The notes beneath the pieces were generated by a model. That model did no database searches and was not told the DNA's origin. It saw only the letters and a list, made by a program, of their open reading frames with translations. Source: Candidatus Fervidifonticultor quintus (GTDB taxonomy: Bacteria; Sysuimicrobiota; Sysuimicrobiia; Sysuimicrobiales; Humicultoraceae). From it: a stretch of DNA of 42,393 nt. This document shows positions 32,364 through 41,866 of the stretch, piece after piece; position 1 is the first letter of the stretch, and each line of letters starts with the position of its first letter. Made by a program: the position numbers and the translations under genes. Location of the stretch: the NCBI GenBank assembly GCA_031459535.1, contig JAVKIJ010000018.1, positions 1 through 42,393 on the forward strand, given 5' to 3'.

Positions 32364-32548
32364 GCCGCCCCGAGACTGAGCTCATTGCGGTCCAGCAGCG
32401 CGGGGAGTGGTACTGGGTGCGCGGACGCTACCGGGACCGCGTCCTGGAAGTCATGGTCCCGGTCGCCCGGGAGCGGCAGGAGGGCGAGCGGGCTTTTCAT
32501 CGCGCGCTCGCGACCTTCGGGCGCGCCCGGGAAGCCGGAGTGTGCTAG
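32360..32548 (+). CDS. Hypothetical protein
   Basis: GTGA overlap; 62 aa. Confidence 0.6.
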   Translation: MSRPETELIAVQQRGEWYWVRGRYRDRVLEVMVPVARERQEGERAFHRALATFGRAREAGVC

Positions 32549-32550
32549 CC

Positions 32551-32730
32551 ATGCCGAAGGTTCCCCGTCCGATCCTCGCCTGGCGGCGTCGCCAGGCCCC
32601 CGGGGCCATCATGCGGCCCTCAACCTTCCGCCACATCGTGCGCCGGGCGGCGGCCCGCGGCTACCGGAACCCGCAGGCGGTAGCCGGGCGCGCCTACTGG
32701 AACACGGTGCGGGCGAAGGCGCGCCGCTAG
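32551..32730 (+). CDS. Small basic protein
   Basis: MPKVPRP...GAIMRPSTF...AVAGRAYWNTVRAK. Confidence 0.6.
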   Translation: MPKVPRPILAWRRRQAPGAIMRPSTFRHIVRRAAARGYRNPQAVAGRAYWNTVRAKARR

Positions 32731-32799
32731 CCGCCCCCGCCTCGGCCCCACCGGGCACGGCTCGAGGCGCCTGACTCCCTGCCCGGAGGAGGTCTATCC

Positions 32800-32937
32800 A
32801 TGGCCAAGAAGTCGACTGAGCTCTACGGCCCGCTCCGCACGCCGCCGGGTGATAGCCTCGGTGGCGAGTCGGTGAGCGGCCTGCCGGACGCCAAGAGCGT
32901 GCCGGACCCGCTCGGGTACGTCAAGACCAAGAAGTAG
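32800..32937 (+). CDS. Small hypothetical protein (not in ORF track)
   Basis: MAKKSTELYGPLRTPPGDSLGGESVSGLPDAKSVPDPLGYVKTKK; strong GGAGGAGG RBS. Confidence 0.7.
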   Translation: MAKKSTELYGPLRTPPGDSLGGESVSGLPDAKSVPDPLGYVKTKK

Positions 32938-32951
32938 CTGGAGAGTCGACC

Positions 32952-33398
32952 ATGCCGACACCCCAGGAGCTCCTCGCGGCCCTGGCTCTCCTTGGCCAGG
33001 CCCCAGGTGGAGGTCCGGCCCAGCCGGCCCCGGGTCCCGCGGGGCCTGGACCGGCTGCCCCGGCCGCGCCGCCTCCTGGGCTCTTGGGCCTGCCTGCGGG
33101 AGGCCCGCCCCTCAGCCGGCTGTCGCTGGCGGCGCTCGGGCAGCTCGCCCCCGCCCAGCCGGCCGGCCAGATGGGCTTGCAGCGTGTCAAGCAGGCGCTT
33201 GAGTTCGCCCAACGCCTGATTGCGCTCACGATGCCTTACGTGCAGACGGCGAACCCTCAGGTGGCCAAGGATCTGCACGTGATCGGCCGCCAGATCGCCG
33301 ACGCCCGGCTCAACCTCTTCAAGGAGGGCGAGGAGGAAGCCGGGCCGCCGCCCCAGAATCTCCTGTCCCCCGAGACAGGCGTGCCTGGGGTGGTCTAA
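32952..33398 (+). CDS. Pro/Gly-rich hypothetical head-module protein
   Basis: GGAGAG RBS; low-complexity N-terminus and helical C-terminus. Confidence 0.7.
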   Translation: MPTPQELLAALALLGQAPGGGPAQPAPGPAGPGPAAPAAPPPGLLGLPAGGPPLSRLSLAALGQLAPAQPAGQMGLQRVKQALEFAQRLIALTMPYVQTANPQVAKDLHVIGRQIADARLNLFKEGEEEAGPPPQNLLSPETGVPGVV

Positions 33399-33479
33399 GC
33401 TCGCCCTCACACTCACCGCCCCTAGAACGCACCGCGAACGCATCCGGCGTCAACGCGGTGGTCCTGTCAGGAGTGCGTC

Positions 33480-34259
33480 ATGCCCCGTTTCGATGACATT
33501 GTCGCTAACCGAGAGCAGTACCCAGACGAGACCCAGATCACGTTGCCGGACGGCACCCAGGTCACGCTGGGGGATATCCGCGCGGGTTACATGAAAGACG
33601 CTGATTACCGCCGGAAGACCTCCGAGCTGGCCCAGCAGCGGCGCGAGCTTGAGCAGTTCGCGGCGCTCCGGGCCCAGGAGCTCCAGGCGGCCGAGCAGCG
33701 TCTGGTGGAGCTCGCGGCCCAGGTCGTGGCCGGGCAGCGCCCGCCCGAGGCTAACGCCGCAGCGCCATCCGAGGAGATGGAGGAGGAAGAGACCGACCCC
33801 CGGATCAAGCGGCTGCGGGACGAGCTCGGTACGATCAAGCAGGTCCTCGATCCCCTGGCCCAGGCCGTGATTGGCATGGACCAGCGGATGCGGCAAAGCG
33901 CCCTCGCGTACCTCGCGCAGCAGCATCGCCAGGTCCTCCAGCGCCTCAAGCAGGAGGATCCGGACCTCAACGAGCAAGAGCTCATCGCGTTCGCGCGGCA
34001 GCGCATGATCCCGCGGCTCGACGACGCCTACCGGCTCTACCGCTTCGACAAGCTGGTGGAGAAGCGCGCCGCGGAAGCCAAGGAGCTCGGGCTGAAGGAA
34101 GGCTACCAGAAGGCCAAGACGGAGTCTCCGCTCTTGCCGCTTCGGCGTGGGATGACCCCGCCGGCGGAGAAGCCGAAGAGCCTCGAGGAGGCCTTCCAGC
34201 AAGCGGCTCGAGACCCCGAGGTGGTTGGGCCTCTCCTGGGGATGCCACCGAAAACCTAA
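33480..34259 (+). CDS. Capsid scaffolding protein
   Basis: VTLGDIRAGYMKDADYRRKTSELAQQRRE, coiled-coil, directly upstream of the capsid gene. Confidence 0.85.
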   Translation: MPRFDDIVANREQYPDETQITLPDGTQVTLGDIRAGYMKDADYRRKTSELAQQRRELEQFAALRAQELQAAEQRLVELAAQVVAGQRPPEANAAAPSEEMEEEETDPRIKRLRDELGTIKQVLDPLAQAVIGMDQRMRQSALAYLAQQHRQVLQRLKQEDPDLNEQELIAFARQRMIPRLDDAYRLYRFDKLVEKRAAEAKELGLKEGYQKAKTESPLLPLRRGMTPPAEKPKSLEEAFQQAARDPEVVGPLLGMPPKT

Positions 34260-34279
34260 ACCGCTGAGGAGGAATCTCC

Positions 34280-35254
34280 ATGCCTCTAGGTGCTGGGCAC
34301 AACCAGCCTCCTGTGGCACTCCTGCAGACGGCCGACGCCATCACCCAGAAGTACTTCGCCCCCGTCCTGGTGGACGCGGTGTTCAAGCCGTCCCCCTCGT
34401 GGTGGCGGATCACGCGGCGGGGCCGCCGGATCCAAGGCGGCGCCATCGTGGTGCCCGTGGTCTACCAGGAAGAGACGGCGGGTGGGGCGTATTGGGGCGC
34501 GCAGCTCCTGGATACGACCCCGTACGACTCGGTGCGGCCGGCCCAGTGGGAGTGGAAGTTCTACTACCAGCCCATCGTCGTTCCCTACACCGACGTGCTG
34601 CTGAACTCGGGGCCGACCCAGGTCCTCGACCTCATCAAGGTCAAGGAGGAGGTCGCCATGGGCTCGCTGCTCCAGAAGCTCTCGCGAGCCCTCTACGATG
34701 TGGCCCCGCAGAATACCGCCCTCGACCTCGATAGCCTGGTGGACGCGGTGGCGACGACCAACAACGTCTACGCGGGCATCGACCGGTCGCAGCCGGCCAA
34801 TGCGTTCTGGCAGCCCGTGGTGATCAACAACCCTTCGGGTGGTATCACCATGGCGAACCTCCAGGACCTCTATGGCCGGGTCACGTTCGGGAACGAGGAG
34901 CCGGATACGATCCTCACCACGCAGGCGGGGTTCAACGCGCTGTGGAACCTCATGCAGGTGAACATCCGGTACCCCGATCCGGACGAGGAGACCGTCCGCG
35001 CCGGCTTCCGGCGCCACCTGGTGTTCAACAACGCCGTGGTGCTCCATGACCAGTTCGTCCCCGCGGGGCAGCTCTACATGCTCAACACTAAGTACACGGA
35101 GGCCTGCTTCCACGAGGACGACTACTTCACGGTGGACCCCTTCACGAAGCCGAGTGGTCAGCGTGTGCTCCTGAGCGGGATCTACGTCGCCTTGAACCTC
35201 AAGGTGTTCAACCCGCGCATGGAAGCCGCCTACACCGGCCTCACCAACGCCTAA
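34280..35254 (+). CDS. Major capsid protein (HK97 fold)
   Basis: 324 aa after the scaffold; GAGGAGG RBS; GGAIVVPVVY, YAGIDRS....WQP, PDTILTT, GQLYMLNTKY. Confidence 0.88.
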   Translation: MPLGAGHNQPPVALLQTADAITQKYFAPVLVDAVFKPSPSWWRITRRGRRIQGGAIVVPVVYQEETAGGAYWGAQLLDTTPYDSVRPAQWEWKFYYQPIVVPYTDVLLNSGPTQVLDLIKVKEEVAMGSLLQKLSRALYDVAPQNTALDLDSLVDAVATTNNVYAGIDRSQPANAFWQPVVINNPSGGITMANLQDLYGRVTFGNEEPDTILTTQAGFNALWNLMQVNIRYPDPDEETVRAGFRRHLVFNNAVVLHDQFVPAGQLYMLNTKYTEACFHEDDYFTVDPFTKPSGQRVLLSGIYVALNLKVFNPRMEAAYTGLTNA

Positions 35255-35266
35255 GGAGGGCTCGGG

Positions 35267-35668
35267 ATGCCGTTTGCGATCACGAACACCCGCACCCACG
35301 CCCTCGATCCGCAGTTTCGCGAGCTGCCGGCCGCCCGCGTGACGCTGGCCGATCAGACAGGTCTCACCGCCGTGCAGAACATGGGGGTGGCGAACCTCCA
35401 GGCGGTGCGCGTCCGCATCCGCGCCAAGTCGCTCGGGGGCACGAACCCGACTGTGAAGTTCGCGGTCGAGGTCGACGACGCCGCGGCCATGGGCTCCCCC
35501 GAGGTCGTTGCGATGTCGGGTGTCTTCGAGCAGGTCACCGGCGCGGTGAGCTGGCAGTGCGACCTCGTCGGGTGGTCGGACACCGGGTTCCAGTACGTGC
35601 GGATCCGACCGATCCTCACCGGGACCTCGCCGACCGTCACCTACGACGCGATTATCGAGGCTGTCTAG
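35267..35668 (+). CDS. Probable capsid decoration/cement protein
   Basis: Beta-rich 133-aa ORF directly after the capsid gene and before a strong hairpin. Confidence 0.55.
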   Translation: MPFAITNTRTHALDPQFRELPAARVTLADQTGLTAVQNMGVANLQAVRVRIRAKSLGGTNPTVKFAVEVDDAAAMGSPEVVAMSGVFEQVTGAVSWQCDLVGWSDTGFQYVRIRPILTGTSPTVTYDAIIEAV

Positions 35669-35678
35669 CGTTCTACCG

Positions 35679-35704
35679 GGGGCGGGGGCTTCGGCCCCCG
35701 CCCC
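35679..35704 (+). terminator. GC-rich cUUCGg hairpin after the capsid genes (terminator or attenuator)
   Basis: GGGGCGGGGGC-TTCG-GCCCCCGCCCC; no U-tract. Confidence 0.6.
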
Positions 35705-35719
35705 TCCTGAGGGGGGCCT

Positions 35720-36616
35720 GTGCCGACCGCGGGCGATCTCATCCTCTCGATCCGGGCGCAGATCCCGGACCCCTCGCCGTCCAGCGACCCAAACCTCGAC
35801 GGCCGGACGTTCAGCGCTGAGACGCTGCTCCGGTGGATCAATGACGCGGCCAAGATCCTCTGCTCGGTGGCGCCGCTCATTCAGGACTGGACAGGACTGG
35901 CTACGACCGAAGGGCAGGACGTCTACCCGCTGCCCGACGTCGTCACCGGGGTCGATCAGGCGTGGTATGACCTCTACCCGCTGCTGCGCTCGCGCGAGCT
36001 CGATCACATCTACATCTCGCGGCCCAGCGGCCGCGCGTTCTACTTCGCCCCGCACGCGGTCCACTCCATTCCCCGGCTCCATATCTACCCCGCACCCACC
36101 CGCTCTGGTGGCACGGGGACGTTGAGCGCCGGCGTGACAGCCACCGAGACCAGCCTGCCCTGCACCCAAACGGGCTGGAGCACAGCCTACGGCTACGCGG
36201 AGATCACCGACGGCTCCGCAGTCGAGGTCGTCCGCTACGCCCGCCGGACCAGCACGGAGCTCCAGAACGTCCTCCGAGGCCAGTGGCTCACCGACGCGCG
36301 CGCCTGGAACCAGGGCGCCACCGTCAGGGAGCTCAACCTCATGTACAAGGCGACCCGCCTGCCCCGACCGCTCACGTCCGCGGACACGCCGATGGAGGTC
36401 CCGATGATCCTCTGGCCGGTGCTGGAGGTCTACGTGATGGCGCGGGTGCGTGAAGCCGAGCAGGACCATGGGACCGCGCTCCAGTTCCACCAGGCCTTCC
36501 TCCAGGCCGCCAACGAGCTCGGGCAGCGGTATGCGACGCGCGGGCTCCGGCACGGGCTCCAGATTCGGGCCGGCGGGTCGTTGGACCTGCTCCGCGGGAG
36601 GACGATCGTGCCGTGA
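35720..36616 (+). CDS. Head-tail adaptor (tail tubular A-like)
   Basis: FSAETLLRWINDA, GQDVYPLP, LHIYPAP and a C-terminal helical segment typical of podovirus adaptors. Confidence 0.7.
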   Translation: MPTAGDLILSIRAQIPDPSPSSDPNLDGRTFSAETLLRWINDAAKILCSVAPLIQDWTGLATTEGQDVYPLPDVVTGVDQAWYDLYPLLRSRELDHIYISRPSGRAFYFAPHAVHSIPRLHIYPAPTRSGGTGTLSAGVTATETSLPCTQTGWSTAYGYAEITDGSAVEVVRYARRTSTELQNVLRGQWLTDARAWNQGATVRELNLMYKATRLPRPLTSADTPMEVPMILWPVLEVYVMARVREAEQDHGTALQFHQAFLQAANELGQRYATRGLRHGLQIRAGGSLDLLRGRTIVP

Positions 36617-36819
36617 CACTCTCGGACATCCTGTTCTGGCTGGTGGTCGGTTCCTACCTCTTCACGGCGGCTGTCACAGCCGGTGGGATCCAGGGCTTCC
36701 TCTACCTCTACCGCATGATCACCAACCACATGACCAGCCGCCTCCGGAGCCTCGAGCTCCGGGTCGACGCGCTCGAACGTGCCGCGCAATCTCCGTCCGA
36801 TCCTACAGATGGATTTTAG
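36613..36819 (+). CDS. Small membrane protein
   Basis: Hydrophobic N-terminal half and short coiled coil; GTGA overlap. Confidence 0.6.
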   Translation: MTLSDILFWLVVGSYLFTAAVTAGGIQGFLYLYRMITNHMTSRLRSLELRVDALERAAQSPSDPTDGF

Positions 36820-38308
36820 CGGCGGGGTCAACGTCGTCACGAGCCCCTACCTCGTGAGCGACAAGCAGACCTTGGTCGCGGACAACATGGTGCTGGACGA
36901 GCACGGAGCACTCCGCACCAGAGACGGCCTGGCCATCGTCCAGGCGCTGGCGACGCGGCCGATCCGGGCGCACGCAGCCTACGTCCCGACCAACGCGGCG
37001 ACCGTGCCGGTCGCGGTCCAGCGCGGCGCCGGGGGGACGAACGAGCTCATTCGCCTCGACACCCAGGCGGTCGTGGGGACGATGACCCAGGACGAGCCTC
37101 TCCCGGATCTCCTGCAGGCCGCCAACCGGCTCGTGGTCATCAATGGCTACGAGACGCCGTGGACCTGGGACGGTACGACGTTCACCCAACTGACCGCGCA
37201 GGCTGGGCAGACGGTTCCCCCGGGGGCGAAGCACGCCGCCTTCCACCTCGGCGCGCTCTGGCTCTGGAACACGGCGGCCACAAGCACCGCCCTGGACGGG
37301 CCTTCGAGCCTGCGCTCGACGCTCGGGACCAACCTGAACGACTGGCCGAACGCCAACCAGATCTTTGTCGGGCAGGACGACGGGCAGGTGGGCATGGGGA
37401 TGACGACCTTCACGATTGTGGAGACCGGCATCTCCCCGACGGCCACCCTTGTGCTCTTCAAGAACTACTCCGCCTACCAGGTCATCGGGGCGTTCGGGAG
37501 CCAGAACTTCGCGCTCCAACGCATCAAGAGCGACATGGGGTGTATCGCCCCGCGGACGATTCAGTTCGTCTCGGGCCACGGGGCCATCCGCCTCACCCAC
37601 AAAGGCTTCGCGCTCTACAACGGCGTGGAGGACCGCCTGATCAGCGAGGAGGTACGGCCGGCCATCTTCGGCGGGGTCACGCGGAAGTTCAGCTTCACCG
37701 AGCTGGACTTCGACGCGGTCCGCACCGCCGCCTGGGCGGTACAAGCCCAGGACCCGCCGCTCTACATCGCGGTCTGCCCCGTCATGGGCGGCGGCCAGCG
37801 GGTCTTCTGCTACGACCTCACCCGACGGGCCTGGACGCTGCTCCAACTGCCGGCCGGGGTGACCGTGACCGCCCTGACGCTCTACACCACACCCGGGCAG
37901 AACCCGGAGCCCCGGATCGGGACGGCCGACGGCCGGATCCTCCGGTGGTGGACGGGGGTGGAGGACGATTACAGCGGGCCGGTGCCGTTCAAGATCCTCA
38001 CCCGCCCCTACGTCGGCCACTCCCCGTTCGAGCCGACGTACTACCGCCGGGCACGTGTGCTGCTCGAGGGGCGCGCGGGGCAGAGCGTGACGGTCCGGCC
38101 GCTCCTGGATGACGTCCCCGAGTCGGCGGTCACCGAGACGCTGGCGGGCCTCGTTGGGGTCCGTGAGGAGGCGATCCTCGATATCCCGCTTCACCGGACC
38201 GCCCGGCACCTCGCGCTTGAAATCACCGGTCAAGGCCTCGTGCGCCTCCGTGGCATTGAGATCCACGCCGCCGCCAAGCCGCTCCGACCCTCGCCGAAGG
38301 AGTTCTAG
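36779..38308 (+). CDS. Tail nozzle / stabilisation protein (tubular B / P22 gp10-like beta-propeller)
   Basis: DFSGGVN, NMVLDEHGALRTRDG, LVLFKN, DMGCIAPRTI, ISEEV, VFCYDL...W. Confidence 0.8.
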   Translation: MPRNLRPILQMDFSGGVNVVTSPYLVSDKQTLVADNMVLDEHGALRTRDGLAIVQALATRPIRAHAAYVPTNAATVPVAVQRGAGGTNELIRLDTQAVVGTMTQDEPLPDLLQAANRLVVINGYETPWTWDGTTFTQLTAQAGQTVPPGAKHAAFHLGALWLWNTAATSTALDGPSSLRSTLGTNLNDWPNANQIFVGQDDGQVGMGMTTFTIVETGISPTATLVLFKNYSAYQVIGAFGSQNFALQRIKSDMGCIAPRTIQFVSGHGAIRLTHKGFALYNGVEDRLISEEVRPAIFGGVTRKFSFTELDFDAVRTAAWAVQAQDPPLYIAVCPVMGGGQRVFCYDLTRRAWTLLQLPAGVTVTALTLYTTPGQNPEPRIGTADGRILRWWTGVEDDYSGPVPFKILTRPYVGHSPFEPTYYRRARVLLEGRAGQSVTVRPLLDDVPESAVTETLAGLVGVREEAILDIPLHRTARHLALEITGQGLVRLRGIEIHAAAKPLRPSPKEF

Positions 38309-38311
38309 CCC

Positions 38312-41300
38312 GTGCTGATCACACCGCCGCGCCGCCTCTGGCCCTGGCTGCCCTCGCTCCTGGGGATGCCGCCGACCTCCATGGCCGGCCTGGCGCCTGC
38401 CTCGCTCTCCTGGCCCGGCGGACCGCTCTGGGCCCCAGGCCAGCCGGCCGGGACGGAGTCGGCCTCCTGGACGCTGCCGACCGCACGCCCACCGGCCGGG
38501 GGGCCGGCCTCGCCCGTGCCTGGTGGCGCGGGGGTCGTCGAGAGCCCGAACATCGTCTGGCTCAACCCGCAGCTCCAAGAGCCGCTGCTCCCGGCCGCTG
38601 TCAAGGCGACCGCAGCCAGTCAGCTACCCACACCGCCAGCGGGCGGCCCAGGGCTGATCCCGCCTATCTGGACCCCGCCGGTCCAGGACATCTTCGGTCA
38701 GGCGCTAGCCAACACGCTGGGCGGGTTAGCCCAGGCGGTCCTCTCGGGGCTTCGGCTCCCGGAGCCCCCGCTGACGAGCGCGGGTCCACCTTCGGAGAGC
38801 TGGGATGCCTGGTTTGGGACCAATGAGGGCTTCAGCGGCGGGCCGCTCAGCCAGGGCCCACCACCGGAGAGCTGGCCTGCCTGGTTTGGGATTGAGCCCG
38901 AGGCTCCACCGTCTCCACCGGTCGATTGGACCCAGTGGTGGGAGCCGCGTGGGCCTGAGACCCCCATCACTGCGCCAGGTCGAACTGAGGACTGGTGGCG
39001 CGCCTGGTTCGGGGTCGACGAGGGCTTCAGCGGCGGCCCGTTGAGCGCCGGACCACCACCGGAGAGCTGGTCTGCCTGGTTTGGCCTCGAGCCTGAGCCC
39101 ACACCACCGCCCGCTGTCACGGCGGCGCAAGTATTAGCGCCCAGCGGTACAGAGCCCCCGCTGGCTGGTCCAAGCCCTGAGGGCCGTTGGCAGGCCTGGT
39201 ATGGGGTCGGGGGAGGCTTCAGCGGTGGCCCGTTGAGCGCCGGGCCGCCACCGGAGAGCTGGGAGGCGTGGTTCAGCCCGGCTGAGATCCTGCCGCCTTT
39301 ACCCGAGGCGCCTCCGCCGCCACCGATGGATTGGAGCCAGTGGACGCCAACCCAGACGGGTCTTGAGACGACGCTCACGACGGAGCTCGGGCCCCCAGCA
39401 CCAGAGGGCCCGCTGGCGGAAGCGTTGGCTTCCCTCCCGGCACCAGAGCTCGTCTCAGCGACCGCTCCTCTGCCGGAGCGTCCCACGATCTTCGAGGTTT
39501 GGCAACGGCCTGAGCCAACGGTTACAGCGCCGACAGAGCCAGCCGTCCCCGCACCCGAGCCAACCACGGCCGGGCTCAGCCCAGCCGAGGTGAGCCAGGC
39601 CATCGCGGCCGAGCTGGGCCTCCCAGAGATCCCCGCCCTGCCTCAAGCCACAGTGGCCGAGCCGGCTCTGGTCTCGGCCCTGGAGGTCCCTGAGTTCCGA
39701 CCGGTCTTCGAGACCTGGCATCCGCCTGAGCCTGCGGCGCTCCAGTCCCCACTCGGTGCCTTTGGGTGGGAGACCGCGCTGGCCCAGGCGCTGGGCACCG
39801 TCCCGCTGGTGTTCATGCCGCCCGTGGAGGAGCTGAGCGGTCTGCTCCTGGGCCGCGAGCCAATTGACCCGTTCCAGGAGATGGTCCGTGAGGCGTGGGC
39901 CGGCGCCCAGGCGCTCGGGGCCGCTGAGCCGCCCATTGAGAGCGCGATCCGCCAGGCCTGGCAGGAAGCCTTCCCGGATCTGGCGACACTCGGCGCCGAG
40001 GCCACGGGACTCCCCGCAGGCCCCGGTCAGTTGCTCGAGACCGTCGTGCCTGGACTGCCCGAGACCTACGGCTCGCTCTGGCAGCCGTTCGAGGTCCCGA
40101 GCACACAGCTCTGGCCCGAGGCGACGGCGACGCCGACAGGCGAGCCGCCCATGGCTCTCTGGCAGCCCGCCGTGGCCGCCCCGGACTTCTCGCAGTTCGG
40201 GTGGGAGACACCGCTGGCCGAGTTCCTCACCGCTCAGCCCGCCGCGCTCGAGGCCGGCGCGAACCTCGCCTCGTTCGGCTGGGAAACCCCGTTGGCGGAG
40301 TTCCTCTCCGCCCAACCCGCGGTCGATCTGGGCTCGGCCCTGGCTGGGTTCGGCTGGGAGACCGCACTGACTGACCTCGCGGTACCCAGGATTCCGGACA
40401 TCCCGTCACCCCTCGAGCTCGGGACTGCCCTGGCCGGGTTCGGCGACGTGATCAGTGGCCTGTCCCCGGGCGATATTGAGCTGGCCACCACCGCTGAGTT
40501 CGGACCCACCGGGGCCGAGTGGTCCATCAGCCCGGCTGCCCTAGGCTCGCTTGCCGCGGGCGCTGTCTCCCCACTCCTCCAGCAGCTCGGCGTCGACCCA
40601 CTCACGGCCAGCCTGGCCGGCGCGGCCACGCAGGTGGCTGTCCAGACGCTCGCAGGCGGTGTGCCGCTTGGGACCGCACTGACCGGCAGTGTCGGCGCCC
40701 TGGTGGGACCGGTCCTGCAAGCCCTTGGCGCGGACCAGACGACGGTTCAGGTGGCCAGCACCATCGCGAGCATGGTCACCGCGGCTCTGATGAGCAACCC
40801 CTACACCTTCATGCTGGCGCCGGTCATGCTCGCGATCAGCGACATGTTCAAGCCCGGTCCGTACGAGCGGCATCGCGCCGAGGCGGCCGCGTGGATGCCG
40901 AAGCTGGTTCCCTACCAGATCTCCCGGATCATGGGCGCCCAGACCCCGGCTGAGCTCGAGGCCGCCCTCCAGCCGTGGGATATCCACCGCGTGACCTGGA
41001 CCGGCACCGGCTTTGGCGGCGGCTACGAGCTCGGTGAGCAGCTCTGGCAGCAGACCAACCCGCAGGTGGCCCAGCTCCTCGAGACCAAGCGCCAGCTCCT
41101 TGACCTCCTGGCGCTCCCGGAGGAGCGGTGGGCGGAGGTCGGTCTCACCGCGGAGACGCGGGCGATGCTCGAGGAGCAGAACCGACAGCTCCGCGCCCAG
41201 GCCGAGGATCTGCTCCGGCAGACGATCCCTGAAGCCTACGGCGGCGGTGAGGCCCCAGTCATAACCTGGAACCCTCCACCGATCTACGAAGGCACGCCCA

Positions 41301-41626
41301 TGGGGGAGGGCAGCTGGGGTCAAATAGGCTCGAGGCCCATCGATTACGCCTACTGGACTCGTGTGACACCAGACCCGTGGCTACGCGCCGCGCAGTGGTT
41401 GGCCCTTGCACCGCACACGGCTGCGTACTACACCTCCCTCCCGACGGAAGCCACCGGGTGGTCGCCCAGGACTGTACCAGGGTACGGGCTGTTCCTGGTA
41501 GACACCGTGTACCCGCTCGGGACGTGGCCGTTCAGCGGCTCTCCGTCGGCTCCGCTGTCACCTGAAGAATACGCCGCCGCTCAAGCGGCCCGCGAGGCCT
41601 GGTACGGCGGGTACTACTCCATCTAG
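38312..41626 (+). CDS. Large acidic, Pro/Trp-rich repetitive protein; probable internal virion/ejection protein
   Basis: 1104 aa after the nozzle gene; internal repeats and a Gly/Ala hydrophobic segment near aa 740-845. Confidence 0.65.
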   Translation: MLITPPRRLWPWLPSLLGMPPTSMAGLAPASLSWPGGPLWAPGQPAGTESASWTLPTARPPAGGPASPVPGGAGVVESPNIVWLNPQLQEPLLPAAVKATAASQLPTPPAGGPGLIPPIWTPPVQDIFGQALANTLGGLAQAVLSGLRLPEPPLTSAGPPSESWDAWFGTNEGFSGGPLSQGPPPESWPAWFGIEPEAPPSPPVDWTQWWEPRGPETPITAPGRTEDWWRAWFGVDEGFSGGPLSAGPPPESWSAWFGLEPEPTPPPAVTAAQVLAPSGTEPPLAGPSPEGRWQAWYGVGGGFSGGPLSAGPPPESWEAWFSPAEILPPLPEAPPPPPMDWSQWTPTQTGLETTLTTELGPPAPEGPLAEALASLPAPELVSATAPLPERPTIFEVWQRPEPTVTAPTEPAVPAPEPTTAGLSPAEVSQAIAAELGLPEIPALPQATVAEPALVSALEVPEFRPVFETWHPPEPAALQSPLGAFGWETALAQALGTVPLVFMPPVEELSGLLLGREPIDPFQEMVREAWAGAQALGAAEPPIESAIRQAWQEAFPDLATLGAEATGLPAGPGQLLETVVPGLPETYGSLWQPFEVPSTQLWPEATATPTGEPPMALWQPAVAAPDFSQFGWETPLAEFLTAQPAALEAGANLASFGWETPLAEFLSAQPAVDLGSALAGFGWETALTDLAVPRIPDIPSPLELGTALAGFGDVISGLSPGDIELATTAEFGPTGAEWSISPAALGSLAAGAVSPLLQQLGVDPLTASLAGAATQVAVQTLAGGVPLGTALTGSVGALVGPVLQALGADQTTVQVASTIASMVTAALMSNPYTFMLAPVMLAISDMFKPGPYERHRAEAAAWMPKLVPYQISRIMGAQTPAELEAALQPWDIHRVTWTGTGFGGGYELGEQLWQQTNPQVAQLLETKRQLLDLLALPEERWAEVGLTAETRAMLEEQNRQLRAQAEDLLRQTIPEAYGGGEAPVITWNPPPIYEGTPMGEGSWGQIGSRPIDYAYWTRVTPDPWLRAAQWLALAPHTAAYYTSLPTEATGWSPRTVPGYGLFLVDTVYPLGTWPFSGSPSAPLSPEEYAAAQAAREAWYGGYYSI

Positions 41627-41638
41627 GAGGGCGAGCCG

Positions 41639-41863
41639 ATCGCATTCTACGGTGAACCAGACGCCTACGAGGATCTTGAGCCCTGGATTCTGACAGACGC
41701 GCTTGGGCTCGACCTCGTCGACCTCCACCTCAAGTCGCTCGAGCGGCTGGGCTCGGTGGACGACCTCGTCCAGCAGCTCCTAGAGGCGCTCTGGCTGCCG
41801 CCGCCCAAGCAGATCACCCCGGCGCTCCGCCGAGCGCCGCGACCTGATCGACTGAGGTACTGA
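41639..41863 (+). CDS. Small protein with apparent non-canonical ATC start (not in ORF track)
   Basis: AGGAGG 8 nt upstream of ATC; 74 sense codons (x)AFYGEPDAYEDLEPWILTDALGLDL...RLRY* filling the gap. Confidence 0.55.
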   Translation: MAFYGEPDAYEDLEPWILTDALGLDLVDLHLKSLERLGSVDDLVQQLLEALWLPPPKQITPALRRAPRPDRLRY

Positions 41864-41866
41864 GCC

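Noticed and set aside
34286-38578. Long antisense ORFs (777 aa at 34286-36619, 591 aa at 36803-38578; likewise 29550-31277 and 9122-10219)
   Set aside because: Shadow frames of high-GC genes on the opposite strand; Arg/Gly/Pro-rich with no motifs
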